Assembly (NCBI GenBank): GCA_037133055.1
Contig: JBAXOY010000068.1
Coordinates: forward strand, 1-16,699
DNA: 16,699 bases
Reading direction: 5' to 3'
From: Chlamydiota bacterium
GTDB lineage: Bacteria; Auribacterota; Tritonobacteria; UBA1439
Below are positions 15,017 through 16,699 of this stretch, one piece after another. A program made the translations under genes and the position numbers. How positions within the stretch are numbered: position 1 is the stretch's first letter; each line of letters begins with the position of its first letter. The notes beneath the pieces are model-generated. The model was not told the DNA's origin. It did no database searches and worked only from the letters and a program-made list of their open reading frames with translations.

Positions 15017-15583
15017 ATGGTGCACAAAAAAATCTTTTCCCTCCCCGTCATGGTCATGGCCATGCTCGCGTTGATCGCCGCGGTCATGATCGTCCTCGTC
15101 TTCCGGGGAGAGAACCGGTACTATCCCCAGATCAGGGAGGCGAGCGCCCGCTACGGCCACGACCCCCGCCTCGTCAGGGCGCTGGTGAGACGCGAGAGCA
15201 ACTTCCGCCCCGATGCGCGCGGGACCAAGGGGGAGATCGGGCTGATGCAGGTGACCCCGGCGGTCGGGCGGGAATACGCGCGGGCGCGCAGGTGGAAGAA
15301 ATTCTCGACGCAGGCGCTCTTCGACCCGGCGTTGAACACCGAGGTGGGCTGCTGGTACCTCGCGAAGGCGATGCGCCGCTACCGCGATTTCGACGACCCG
15401 GCGCCCTTCGCCCTGGCCCACTACAACGCCGGGCCGGGCAACGTGGACCGGTGGCTCCGGATGACGCGCACCCCCGGCAACACCCGGCAGTTCCTGAGGG
15501 CGATCACCTACCCGTCGACCCGGCACTACGTCCGCCAGATCACGCGGCGGTGGCGCCTCTACCGCTGGCTCAGGATCCTTTAA
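15017..15583 (+). CDS. Membrane-anchored lytic transglycosylase (SLT domain)
   Basis: N-terminal hydrophobic anchor, catalytic RESNF, GLMQV and ALAHYNAGPGNV motifs. Confidence 0.92.
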   Translation: MVHKKIFSLPVMVMAMLALIAAVMIVLVFRGENRYYPQIREASARYGHDPRLVRALVRRESNFRPDARGTKGEIGLMQVTPAVGREYARARRWKKFSTQALFDPALNTEVGCWYLAKAMRRYRDFDDPAPFALAHYNAGPGNVDRWLRMTRTPGNTRQFLRAITYPSTRHYVRQITRRWRLYRWLRIL

Positions 15584-15599
15584 TTGACCTGGACGTCTT

Positions 15600-16699
<1,100 letters not shown>

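Overview
This is a GC-rich bacterial chromosomal window, and nearly all genes lie on the minus strand. In transcriptional order (right to left): thrC (5'-incomplete), a convergent plus-strand lytic transglycosylase, an HD-domain CCA-type tRNA nucleotidyltransferase, a secreted PHP-family metallohydrolase with Ca-binding repeats, two tandem paralogous Pol-beta-fold nucleotidyltransferases resembling an uncharacterised mostly archaeal family, an Lrp/AsnC regulator plus PLP aminotransferase, a sulfhydrogenase beta/gamma (AsrA/AsrB-like) NAD(P)H module, a zinc-ribbon TPR protein, a four-cluster ferredoxin, and a membrane-bound group 4 [NiFe]-hydrogenase (NuoH-, NuoB-, NuoC-like, large subunit, NuoL/HyfB-like antiporter running off the left edge). 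Four things stand out. (1) The apparent hybrid of an NAD(P)-linked module with an energy-converting hydrogenase. (2) Two MITE-like hairpin elements built from heptamer repeats, carrying nested-deletion remnants of a four-helix-bundle (IVS-like) gene, plus bare heptamer arrays in other spacers of the same cluster. (3) The tandem nucleotidyltransferase pair near a CCA enzyme with atypical catalytic residues. (4) A perfect 28-bp inverted repeat that supplies the thrC C-terminus. All family assignments come from motif recognition by eye; no database searches were run.
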